A DNA stretch of 64,000 nucleotides. Origin: Bacteroidota bacterium. GTDB lineage: Bacteria > Bacteroidota > Bacteroidia > AKYH767-A > 2013-40CM-41-45. Location: assembly GCA_016721305.1 (NCBI GenBank), contig JADKIH010000016.1, forward strand, positions 11,037-75,036, read 5' to 3'. The notes beneath the pieces were generated by a model. It searched no databases. It worked only from the letters and a program-made list of their open reading frames with translations, and had not been told where the DNA came from. The position numbers and the translations under genes were made by a program. This document shows positions 17,911 through 29,463 of the stretch, in pieces; the first letter of the stretch is position 1, and the number at the start of each line of letters is the position of its first letter.

Positions 17911-20900
17911 CTACTGTGCCAGCGTGAAGCGCACGCTAATCCCCGCATTCGTATTCGAGGTTGGATAACTTGAAGAAACGAATGGATCGTTCGCATTGTA
18001 ATCGTAGTATGCTCGGATATTAAAGCGCTCATTCAGCGGGTAATCGGCTGAAACTTTGATGCCTAATGTTCGTGTTCCGGCGCTTGGCTGGTTGGTGCCT
18101 TCTACGACTTTACGTAAGATCGTCGTATTGTCGCGGAGGTTGACGTCGACTTTTACCGTCAGGTCGTTGCTCAGCTTTTTCTTGCCGCCCATCTTAAACG
18201 GTAATGTCACGCGTTTGAATTTATAGCCTACACCAATCGTGTACTCAATGCCTCGTACTTCGGTAACCTGAATGTTGGAATAAGCAAGCGTTAACGTACG
18301 ATCTCTCTTGATTTCGAAGCGTGTCTGCAGGCTGTTCTTCCAAGTCATATCGATTCCGATGAGCGGAGACAATTGTTCTGAAATGGTAACCTGCTGAATG
18401 TCGTATTTCGGAATGAAGTTTCCTGCCGTATCGAGTGCAGAGGAGAATCCGTTATCGTTGATGTCTTTGTAGAGGAGATTTTGTGAGAACGAATTCACAC
18501 TGAAGACAGAACGATAGCCATGCGAAATAGACAACGACTGGAGGAATGACGAGAAGAATTTCAATTTCGAAAGTCCGTCGTAAGTGACACGCCAGTTCGG
18601 CATCGGAATCATATCCTGGAATTTCTTCGTGCCTTTTGCTGATGGATCTTTTCCTGCATATGCTGAGAGGAAGGAGTATGTGAGTACTTCCTGCTGCGCC
18701 GGACCATAACCTTGTGCATAAGCTGCCGGAGTTGCCGTACCGGCCGGGTTCGGATTCTGATCAGCTAAAATCTGCGAGAATGATTTCAGATTCGTGATGA
18801 ATTGAGAGAAGTTGTTGTTCGAATAATCTTTCGCATCGGTAACGAAGTGTGTATTCCATGAGAAATAGGAAATGGAGAATGTTCCTGTTTCAGTCGGATT
18901 GTATCCGCGGAATTGTCCGTCGGATGGTGTGTATTTGTAATACTCGTTATGATTCAATGTGTAGTTACGACTTCCTGTCAACTCGATCTTGAACGATTTC
19001 ACCGGTTCTATCGTCGCACGGAGCGTGAGATTCTGAAGGAGTGTTGTCGAATAGAAGGAGTTTAACGATGTGTCGGTCGTAAGCCAATGATATTTCACGG
19101 CATCCGGACGGATATCGGCCTGGCTACCGAAGATGAATCCCATGCCCGGAGCGTTAGGTCCGTTTTCAAAATTCCAGTCTTGTCCGAGGAAATCAGGCTT
19201 ACCGCGGAAGCCCGGAACCGTTGTTCCATGGCTGATCTGGTAGTTAACCGAAGCTGTTTTCACCATCATCAATGTGCGGAAAATACCACGCGCAATCGGA
19301 GCAAAAGTGCTTTCTGTTTTTGTCTTTGTTTTTAAACTGTCTTTGCTCGCCGGATTTTCAGGATTTACTTTTGGTTTCGGCTGAACAGGTTTTGGTGGAG
19401 TTGGCGAATTGATTTTTTTCAAATACGGAATCTTGTTGTAGAGATTCGTAAAGGTGACGCTGGCGTTAAGTTGCCATCCTTGAGAGTTTGAAATCGTATT
19501 TCCCCAACTGTTTTCTGCTGTCAGTTTTTTCTGAACGGAATCGTAATACAGCGGAGCTGCCGTCCAATTATATTTCGAATCGTAACGAATGCTTCCGGTG
19601 ATGAAGTCGGTAAGAGGTAATTTGCTAAATGGTACAGTGTACGTAGCACTCGAAGCTTGCTGATAACTTGTTAAGCGTCCCAAACGACTTAAGTTCTCAC
19701 GAATAGAGTCGCGTTCTTCACGAGTATCGATTCGACCGATCGGTTCGTCGATGCTAGCAGTAGCATTAGCGTTCAGATCAATTTTCAATGACTTTGTCAG
19801 ATCCCAGTTCAGTCCGTAATCACGGCGCATGAGGAATGTTTTTACATACGTCGGTTGAAGTGTAAAGGCGAAGTCGGTATTGTTGCGCAATGCAGTCTCA
19901 GCATACGTACGATCGAGCGTTGCACGGAAATTAAGCATGCTCGGCATCGGATTGAAGTTGAAATCTTTTACGAATTTCAACCAAGGCGACCCAAGGACTT
20001 TCGACTTCGATTTTTCAAAGGGAGAAATTGGTTTAGGGTTGTTGTTGTAATTATATCCTAAAATACCTGAATAGGTTTTCGTCAAATCGTATTCGGTATT
20101 ATAGTCGCGTTTGAAGGTTTCCGTGTATGCGTAAGTGAAGTTTAAATTCTCCACATCGTAAATGTGCGGCTTGGCGTTCTGCTTCACTTTTGTTTTACGA
20201 ACGTTTGTGAAGTTGAGACTTTTCTTTTGCGTGTAATCGGTTACGGTACGATTGATCTTGTCTGTTTCTGCAGCATTAGGAGCAGCAGCGAGAGCCTGAG
20301 TGAGTGTTACATCGGGATCGAGCGGATTGTACTGAGGATCTTTCTTTTCTTCTGAATAAGAAAAATACATCGGTACTTTGATGCCTGATTTTTCAGGGAG
20401 GAATTTACCTAACTCGAGTGAAGTAGAAACGTCATAGCTTGCATCGTCGAACTTATCACGTTCGCTTACTTTCTGTTCGATGCTTCCCCAACCTGCAGTA
20501 CTGCGACGTCCTGAAACTGTCATGGTTCCAAGGTCGGCGAGCTTCGCCGTAACTTTTGCCAAGCTTGCCCAACCGCCACTTTCATCGAAATCAGATAGGC
20601 GTAATTCGTTGAACCAAACTTCACCGCAGATTTTCGCTCCGGCTCCGTTCGGATCTTTCGGATTGCGTACACCGACCATGATAGAACGAACGTTGCTAAG
20701 ATTCGGAGATCCTTTGATTGTTATGGTACGATCGCCATCTGAAACTTTGTATGGCGTGAGAAGAGTAACCGTCGTATTGGTGAGCATCTCATTGTTTCGT
20801 CTCAATTTAGCAGAGACGAGATTATCGAGTACGACTTCCATGATGTTGCCATCAGGCCAAATGTCGTAAGGATTCGTTGCATGAGCTGCCGTTATCTTTA

Positions 20901-23900
20901 GAGGGATTTCATATTCGTAATAGTTGTCGTTAAAGTCGCTACCGATACGAATGAATGCATGCATATCGCCATCGTTGAGCTGTGTTGTATTTTCGTTCGA
21001 CTCGGCGTGAATGAACATTTTCAATTTCTTGTACGAACGGAAATCGAATTGTGTGTTGCGATAAGCTCCACGTGCATCGCCATCTTCAAGTTCACAAACT
21101 TTTAATGACAACGATTGCTCGTTCAAAGTAGCAAGAGCCGGTGCACTTAAGTCACGTTCCTGCTCGATGCCCGGAGGTAAAACGTAATTCACCGGTGAAC
21201 GCGCGCCGTTTTCTTCGATGCTGACAGATGCAATGTCGAAAGTCGTTGAACCGGGAACTTCCGGCGTCGGACTGTACTCACCCGGATTGAGGAGTGAGAA
21301 ACTGTAACGACGCCATTCGCCGCGCAATAATTCAAGCTTCGCAAAACGACAGATGATCGGTTTCGAGAAGTTTTTCATGAACATACGGATGAATTCGATA
21401 TTGTTCAGCTCCGGTGAGCCTACGGTTTTGTCAGGAGTCTTTACAGGAATTTTGAACTGATACCATTTTACCTGCGGGCCTGTGTGACCATCCGGATAAG
21501 ATACTGTTGAAGCAATTTCATCGGTGATGTAATTCTGACCAACAACAAATGCACCCGGTTTCATTTCGATTTTGTACTGGTAATAATCTTCCGTCGTGTT
21601 CATGTTGTTGTCGCGGTTGATGTCTTCCTGATCAGGAAGATTTGTAGCCAACGTCAATGTTGAACCGGAAGAAACTGAGTTGCCTTCAACGCCATTCCAG
21701 GCTTTATAACACTCGAGTGGTGCGGCCTGATCGACGCTGTATTGATTGTCGAGGAAGTATTTGTAATTATCGGTCGACGGATCCGATTGTGCGGCTGATA
21801 ATGCAGGTGATGCCGGACATGTATTAGCTACATTGATGATGTAAGCCTGGAACTTTGTACCCTCTGTTTCATCTCTGAGTCCATCTAAACCAACATCCTG
21901 CAGAGCTCTGCTGCCGGGGTCGTTGTCGAAGGCACTTACAATCGACTGAACGTTCGGATATACTCCCCAAACTGTTGATGATGTTGTGTAGTTATTCGAT
22001 GGAGAAGGTAAACCGTTCTCAAATGATTTGTGATTGTCTTTCAAGACGTCTTCGGAAACACTACCAAGGTTGAAGTAAAGTTCACCACCGGTTCCGTCGT
22101 TCGGACTGTCATCGACAAACGGATCCATCATCCAGAACTGGATAAACTCAATGTTGTTTGCTTCGAAGTCTGTAGTTTCAATCTTACGCATGATACCACC
22201 CCAACGTGATTCAGGGTTTTTCAATCCACCGGCACAATTCAAACCTTTTGAAATTGCTGTTGCATCAACATCGTAATTGTATGGTCCGCGCTCTTCAGGG
22301 TAGAAGGCCACGTTCATACAGGTGATTGACTGTGGGCCGTAAGCCGATGATTTGTTCGGGAAGATTTCAGCTTGTGGAATTTCACGAACGAAGTTGTTAC
22401 TCTGCATAGCGACATCGACATACGACGGAGTTACTCCGCTTTGTGTGTGCTGGAAGAGTGGATCAACGTAATACCAGGCGATATGAGCACGGTTCTTTCC
22501 CGGTGCTAAGCTGTCGCCCGCGACAAGTGCTGCTTCGGGGAACATGGCCGGATCATACTGTCCGTCAGGAATACTGGCAAGTGACCAACTGCTTGGTGTA
22601 CGAAGATCGAGTGGCGTGATGGCTCCTTCGAAATCGTCGACATACGAAGTCCCCGCAGAACCAACTGCGCTTGAGTGACCCGGAATAATCTGTGCCACCT
22701 CTGCGTTAAATGTAAGCGTACTTGTTTCGCGTGTCGAGTAGAAAGGAAGCTTGTCGAGCAATTTTGTCATGAAGCGTGAATCGGTGCGGTAGTTTCCATC
22801 TACACCCCATTGCGTATTCGAAACCGGTTCGTCGCCGATATTTACTTTTTGTGTCAATGGCTTTTCGTACAAGTGCATCAATGTACCACCCACCTGCAAG
22901 TCTTTGTTGAAATTATACTCGAGTCGTGTACCGAGCATGGTTTTCGTTTGCAAAGAGAAAAGTGAATTGCTCTCGAGTTTGATGTCGAGAGGTGTGTTCG
23001 ATTTCAGATAAGATTCGTTCAGGATTTTTACACGACCGAGAGTGTAATCGACGGTGTAGTCAACGTTTTCTTTCAGCGTAACACCGCCTGCAGTTACTTT
23101 TACGGAACCTTGCGGAATGTTAACGGCATTCAGAGGAATATCGGAACCTGAAGATGACTGATAAGTACCTTTGAGACTGAATTTATTTTTTTCCGGTAAT
23201 TGCTGTGCGGCTGTTTTTGTTGAATCATATAACGCATCGTAGCAATAGCGGTCGGAATTGTTCGGAGCACAGTTTTGGAACTTGCCTCGCAGATATGAAC
23301 CGAATGGCTCGCGCACAGGGAAGATGATGCGACCATTTTGCGTGTTAATCGTAATCCCATTCACGAAATCGAAAACTCCATCGGGCTGTGGATCGTTATT
23401 TGTATTCAAATCGTCGAGATTGAACAAGGTCAGTAAAGGAATTCCTTTAATGTCGACACAATTATCACTCAGGTAATTGATATTTCCTCCCAATTGATCA
23501 TCCTGATACAATACATTCAGACGGAATTTATCTTTCGAAATATTAAATCCGCCAAGTGAATAAATGTTTTTCATCATCAGATCCCATGTGTAATCTTTCG
23601 GACTGAAGTTTGAGCTGTGAATCAATTTTACGATCAGGGCCTGCGTTCCGGAAACGTTTCCGTTGCTGGTACTTGTAAGTTCACCGACCTGGAATACTTG
23701 TCCGTTAACAGTATATTCAAAAGATACTGCCAGAACTTCGTTTGAACGTAGTTTGGTGTTGAGTGAAATGTAACCCAGACGATTGTTGAGTGTATACTCA
23801 GATGCCTGAAGTAGTCGGGCATTTTCAATCGTTTCGTAACTTTTGTTGGATTGGAAGCCTGTTACCTGCAGCGTTGCTGAATTCAACAAACTTGCATTTG

Positions 23901-25153
23901 AGATATCGCGTAGTGCAGTAACACCGCCACTGCCCGACAAAAAGTTATTTAAGTTCGGAAGGAGATCGTTGTTTGCATCGTAGGGCAAAGGATTTCCTGA
24001 GACAGACGGGTTGACAAAAGTCTGTGACGGATCCGGACGGGCTTCACCTAAGTCAGCAAAGGCAAATACGTTACGATTCTGATTATTCTGACTGATAGTC
24101 TGACGAGATGTGATCCATACTTCAATCTTCGTAATGTTTACAGCGGAACCGACACGGTTAAGATCTTTCAGATTGTTATCGTAATTATCTTTGAAGTATT
24201 GCGAGAGGAAGAAGTGACGCAACTCTTCGTATTGATCAGCTTTGATGTCGAAGCTTGTTGTCTGTGCTCCACCCTGAACCGAAATGGATTTCGATTCACT
24301 CTTCTGCTGAGAGAATACTCCGGTAACATTCAATTTACCGAATTGCAATTGTGTTTTAATACCAAATAAACTTTGCGATCCCTGAATCAACGTTGTCGGC
24401 AAAGGCATGGTAATATTTCCGGCTTCGATTTTTTTAATGATATCATCTTCGTAGCCTGTGTATTCGATCTTCATTTTATTTTCGAAGTCGAATGTTGCTT
24501 CAGTGTTGTAATTTGTTGTCAGTTTCATCTTGTCGCCGATGTTGGCGATGACGTTCATCTGAATTTTTTCTTTGAAGTCGAAAGTAGAAACTGTACGTTG
24601 GCGTGTAGGAATTGCCGGATTCTCGCTAGAAGAAATATTGATACCGAAACTTAATTCAGCTGAACCCTGAGGGCGGATGTCGATAGTGTTACCACCAAAG
24701 ATGCGATCGAATACGACGCTATTGACGGTAATTTTAGGAGCAAAAGTTTTTCTTGTTGAGTTTGGAATCTTCGTTTGCACGTTGTTTCCAGTAATCGCGT
24801 GTAGAGCTTTTGAATTCGTGATCGACGAATTCGTCGAACGACATATACGACGGGCTACGGTAAAAAAGCGAGCCCATATTTTCGTTGATGTTATAACGAT
24901 TGTTATCCGGATCGTACTGAACATCGGTTTTGATATTCGACGGATCTTTCAGGTACAGCGGACTCTGATCGGCCGGTGCAGAGTAAGGATCGGTAACGCG
25001 GTCCTGGAAAGGATAGTGCAGGCTATCGGTTCCGGGCGTATCTATGGGGGTAGTTTCTATATCAGATGTGAAAGGTTTGTCGGCTCCCCACGCGAAGGTG
25101 AGCAGAGACAAAACACTTCCAATCCCAAACAGAAGCTTCTTCAAACTTTTCAA
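17911..25153 (-). pseudogene. sprA: T9SS translocon/gliding protein SprA, split by one frameshift into a 139-aa N-terminal ORF and a 2337-aa ORF
   Basis: ORF 24734-25153 carries the signal peptide and N-terminus (MKSLKKLLFGIGSVLSLLTFA...YWKQRANEDSKLNKKNF). The second frame continues APKITVNSVVFDRIFGGNTIDIRPQGSAELSFG... to a beta-barrel-type C-terminus. The total of 7243 nt equals 3n+1. The junction is at the A4/T5 runs at 24742-24751. Confidence 0.85.
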
Positions 25154-25269
25154 GGCGTGTTAATTTATTGACGGAAGAAATTCAGCGTAGAGTTTGGCTC
25201 GATGTGCTTGGTATTGAATTTTTTTAAAGGCCTAAAAATAGCTTTTTTAGCTTATAGTTGAACAAAGAT

Positions 25270-25843
25270 TTATAGTGCTTTCAGTGCATTTCGGATCAAA
25301 TCTTCGACATTTGCTGAAGGACTGGTTTTCAGCAGATTATCCAAAGTTTTATCGATGGCATTTTTGGCGAATCCCAAGGTCAAAAGTGCAGCCGTTGCCT
25401 CATCCTTAATTTTCAGGTGGCTGACGGTAGATGGCGTAATGCCTTCCTTACGGAGTTTGCTCTTTAATTCCAGTATGACACGCAAAGCGGTCTTTTCGCC
25501 TATACCCTTGATTCCCTTGAGTTTCTGTGCGTTTTCGGAGACAATACACTGCTCAATTTCGGCTACCGTCATCGACGATAGCATCATGCGAGCCGTATTG
25601 CAACCTATTCCGGAAACCGTGATCAGTAATTTGAAAAGACGTCTTTCTTCCTCATCAACGAAGCCGAATAACGTATGAGCGTCCTCCGATATTTGAAGGT
25701 GCGTTAACACTCGAACCGCCTCATTATCACCAATTTTCGAATATGTGTTCAGTGAAATGTTAACGAAATAACCGACGCCGGCGCATTCGATGACCAGGTA
25801 GGCGGAGTTTTTCTACGAGACGACCGGAGAGGGAGTGAATCAT
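25270..25843 (-). pseudogene. ruvA: Holliday junction DNA-binding protein RuvA, N-terminal frameshift
   Basis: The ATG at 25843 gives MIHSLSGRLVEK, then the frame is lost. The other frame reads SAYLVIECAGVGYFVNISLNTYSKIGDNEAVRVLTHLQISEDAHTLFGF and continues into the 146-aa ORF with HhH motifs (VSGIGCNTA, IKGIGEKTA). The break is at the T5 run at 25808-25812. 574 nt equals 3n+1. Confidence 0.8.
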
Positions 25844-26000
25844 GCGGTGAAGATAAAAAGTTTTGCCGGAAATTTTGCTCCCGTTTCTATCGATAACACT
25901 CGTGAATCTGTTAAAATCTCATCTAACGATTCCGATTTTTTCCCTCACAATTTTCCACTTGAAAAATTTTCTCAATCTGAACAAGGTTCTGGATAAGGCC

Positions 26001-26239
26001 GACCCGGAGGGTCGAAAAATTGTATAAAAGGAGGACAAAGAGGGAACGCGACTCGGAAGAGTCGCACCTTGTGCGGAAGTTTTCAGCTAGTAAAAAAAGA
26101 GGTTTAAGGCTAAGCTTTTCTTTGAAACCGTTCGCCCTTCAACTAATCGGATTGCTTTTGTAGGATGACGTAAGGTGCGACTCTCCGAGTCGGGTGCGTG
26201 CCGGAAGGCCACTAATACAATTGTGTGACCCTCCGGGTC
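26001..26239. repeat. Composite GC-rich palindromic element: imperfect inverted arms of about 70 nt, each holding two local hairpins, around a core of about 100 nt
   Basis: The left arm at 26001-26070 reads GACCCGGAGGGTC ... ATTGTAT ... GCGACTCGGAAGAGTCGCACCTT. The right arm at 26172-26239 reads AAGGTGCGACTCTCCGAGTCG ... ATACAAT ... GACCCTCCGGGTC, which is its reverse complement with an indel in the middle. Confidence 0.7.
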
Positions 26240-26313
26240 ACTGAGTGCTTAAACGCTCTTTTTTCCTTTCGTCAGCTCAAAAAAGTATTTCATGGGATAA
26301 TTAGCGCAAAAAA

Positions 26314-26348
26314 AATCCTTGAATTGTGCTATACACAAATCAAGGATT
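26314..26348 (-). terminator. Bidirectional rho-independent terminator downstream of maeB
   Basis: A 9-bp stem (aatccttga / tcaaggatt) flanked by an A-run on the left and a T9 run on the right. It lies about 30 nt beyond the restored maeB stop. Confidence 0.65.
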
Positions 26349-26374
26349 TTTTTTTCGCGAATAAGAAACTAGAC

Positions 26375-28644
26375 TTAAGAATTCTTACGTGATTGAGCAT
26401 CAACAACCGCAATGGTAACCATATTCACAATCTCTCGAACAGAGCTTCCCAATTGAAGAACGTGCACCGGCTTTTCATACCTAATAACACCGGACCGATC
26501 GCCTCGGCGCCGCCGATTTCCTGGAGTAGTTTGTAGGCGATATTGCCGGCTTCGAGACTTGGGAAAATTAATGTGTTTGCTCCTTCGTTGGCGAATTCGC
26601 AGAATGGATAATTGTCGCTTAGTAGTGCAGGATTCAATGCAAAGTTTGCCTGCAATTCTCCATCGACCATCATGCCCGGATATTTTTGGTGAAGGATGGC
26701 AACGGCATCGCGTACTTTTTGAGCCGACTCTTCGTGAGAAGAACCGAAGTTGGAATACGACAATAATGCGATGCGTGGCTTGATGTTAAATTGTTGAACA
26801 GCCCATGCTGTGAGAACGGTTACTTCGGCTAAATCTTCGGCCGTTGGATTCACATTTACCGTTGTATCAGCAAAGAAAATCGGTCCTTTTTTCGTCACCA
26901 TGATGTACATGCCGGCTACTTTTTTCACCGCATCCTGAGTGCCGATAATTTGCAAAGCCGGACGAATTACATCGCCGTATTTTCTTGTTAAGCCGGAAAT
27001 CATCGCGTCGGCTTCACCAACTTCAACCATCATGGCTCCGTAGTAATTTCGTTCGTTCATGATCTTACGCGCTTCGTACAGCGTGTAACCGCGACGACGA
27101 CGTTTGTGGAAAAGCAACTCACCAAAATACTGGCGCTTATCTTCTTCCTGACGCGGATCGATGATTGGAGTATCTCCTAAATCGAGGTGATTTTCCTCGA
27201 GAAGACGCATAATTTTTTCTTTATTACCGAGGAGAATTGGTTTCGCAATACCCTCGTCGCGCACGATCTGTGCGGCTTTCAGAATCTTGTAATTATCGGC
27301 TTCTGTGAAGACAATTCGTTGCGGATGTTGTTTCGCTTTGCTGGTAACAACACGAATTAATTTGTTGTCGAGACCAAGGCGCTTACTCAATTCATCGACA
27401 TAATTTGCCCAATTAGTAATCGGCGCCTGTGCGACTCCTGATTCGATCGCTGCTTTTGCAACGGCAGGAGCAACAGTTGTAATCAGTCGTGGATCGAGTG
27501 GTTTCGGAATGATGTAATCTTTTCCGAACGTAATATTTTTTGCGTTGTAAGCGAGATTAACGATTTCAGGAACCGGTTCTTTGGCAAGTTCAGCAATGGC
27601 GCGAACGGCGGCGAGTTTCATTGCCTCGTTGATCTGTGTCGCACGAACATCGAGAGCTCCGCGGAAAATGTACGGGAAGCCAAGAACGTTATTCACCTGA
27701 TTCGGATAGTCGGAACGACCGGTTGCCATGATGATGTCTTCACGAGCATCCATTGCATCGGTGTAAGTAATTTCCGGATCCGGATTTGCAAGAGCGAAAA
27801 CGATAGCCTTTTTAGCCATCGACTTAATCATGTCCTTGCTGACAATATTTCCTTTCGACAATCCGAGGAAAACATCGGCACCCTTAATGGCCTCTTCGAG
27901 ATTGTGAACGTTTTGTTTTGTTGCAAATATTTTTTTGTTTTCGTCTAAGTCGGTACGATCGGCGCGAATAACACCATGGCTATCGCACATGATGATGTTT
28001 TCATTCTTTGCGCCGAGGGCGAGATAAAGTTTAGCACATGAAATGGCCGATGCTCCTGCGCCACTGACAACGATTTTTACTTCACCGATTTTTTTGTGAG
28101 CGATTTCGAGTGCATTAAGTAAAGCAGCACCTGAAATGATCGCCGTACCATGCTGATCATCGTGCATGATCGGAATTTTCAGTTCAGCTTTTAAGCGACG
28201 TTCGATTTCAAAACACTCGGGAGCTTTGATATCTTCCAGATTAATTCCGCCGAAAGTAGGAGAGATGGCTTTTACTGTTTCGACAAATTTATCGACGTTC
28301 GTTTCATTGATTTCGATATCGAATACATCGATATCGGCGAAGATTTTAAAGAGGAGACCTTTTCCTTCCATCACCGGTTTTGATGCTTCCGGTCCGATGT
28401 TTCCAAGACCGAGAACAGCAGTTCCATTGGAGATAACGGCTACGAGATTTCCTTTTGCTGTGTATTTATAGACATCGTCTACGTTATCAGCTATAGCGAG
28501 ACATGGTTCAGCTACTCCGGGAGAGTAGGCGAGAGAAAGATCACGTTGTGATGAATAGGGTTTTGAAGGAATGACTTCAATTTTTCCGGGGCGACCTTGC
28601 GCATGGTAATCGAGCGCTTCGCTTTTCATGTTTTTTTTGCTCAT
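26375..28644 (-). pseudogene. maeB: NADP-dependent malic enzyme (malic enzyme plus phosphotransacetylase-like domain), frameshift near the 3' end
   Basis: N-terminal malic-enzyme motifs (YSPGVAEPC, VVSGAGASAISCAK) and a PTA-like C-terminal half. The current frame ends ...GPVLLGMKSRCTFFNWEALFERL*. Adding one A to the A4 run (plus-strand T4 at 26472-26475) gives GPVLLGMKKPVHVLQLGSSVREIVNMVTIAVVDAQSRKNS* with a stop at 26375-26377. Confidence 0.85.
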
Positions 28645-28685
28645 AAGAGAACGGTACTAAATTGATAACTGTTACAAACTAAAAA

Positions 28686-28709
28686 AGCACCCCTTCGCAG
28701 GCAGGTGCT
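28686..28709 (-). terminator. Terminator candidate downstream of the small T9SS cargo gene
   Basis: A 6-bp GC-rich stem (agcacc / ggtgct) with a 12-nt loop, followed on the minus strand by TTTTTT. Confidence 0.45.
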
Positions 28710-28772
28710 TTTCTTTTTACTGTTTTAATGATGTTTTCAACTTCGAATTCTCTTCAGTGAAACGACTTAGAA

Positions 28773-29313
28773 TTAGCGGTGTGCGACAATTAATTTCTTA
28801 GTTGCTACAGGCTTACCGTTGTTTATTAACGAGTAAACGTAGATGCCGGATTCCAATTCTGAAGTAGATACAAAGAGAAGAGATTGTTTAGAAGTGATCT
28901 CAATATCTTTAACTTTACTACCAAGCATATTGTAGATAACAAGATGCGGATTGTGCAAAGAAGGCAGATTATAACCAATACCTGTCATGTTATTTGCAGG
29001 GTTTGGAGAAGCTGTTGCAAGGCTGCCGTTGTTTTCAATTTCATCAACTCCTGTATTCAATACATCGTAAACGATTGTTGCAGAAATTGAGTCTGAAGGA
29101 TTGTTTTGAGTCGCTCTTGTCGCAACGAACCAATACGTTAATCGGGTTATTGGTCGTATTTTCGACTGCGAGATGAGATTCGAGGCGATTCGTCGTAAAT
29201 GGGCCGGAAATGTAGAAAACGCCGTCCGGAATGCCCAAACTCTGAGCGATTGTACTAGTCTGGAATGACAAAAAAACGAGGCCTAAAGCCAGGAATTTCG
29301 TAAAATTTCTCAT
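28773..29313 (-). pseudogene. Small T9SS-secreted protein, reading frame broken once
   Basis: The ATG at 29313 gives the signal peptide MRNFTKFLALGLVFLSFQTSTIAQS. A different frame (ORF 28773-29060) carries the T9SS-type CTD (SPNPANNMTGIGYNL...LVIYNMLGSKV...GIYVYSLINNGK). Both frames are open across about 29060-29200. 541 nt equals 3n+1. Confidence 0.6.
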
Positions 29314-29463
29314 TTTTTTCGATTTTGGAATACAAATATAATGATTAATTATATCGACACAAGATATTAACGTTTCTATGTAGCCCAGCCTTTGGCAATG
29401 TTTAAAAAAATTCCGTACTTGCATTTCCTAAAATACTAACGAAACCAAACAAAACCTCTTAAT

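Noticed and set aside
24677-25171. 164-aa plus-strand ORF opposite the sprA N-terminus
   Set aside because: It is a shadow ORF of sprA. The minus strand encodes a recognisable signal peptide and the conserved SprA N-terminal sequence.
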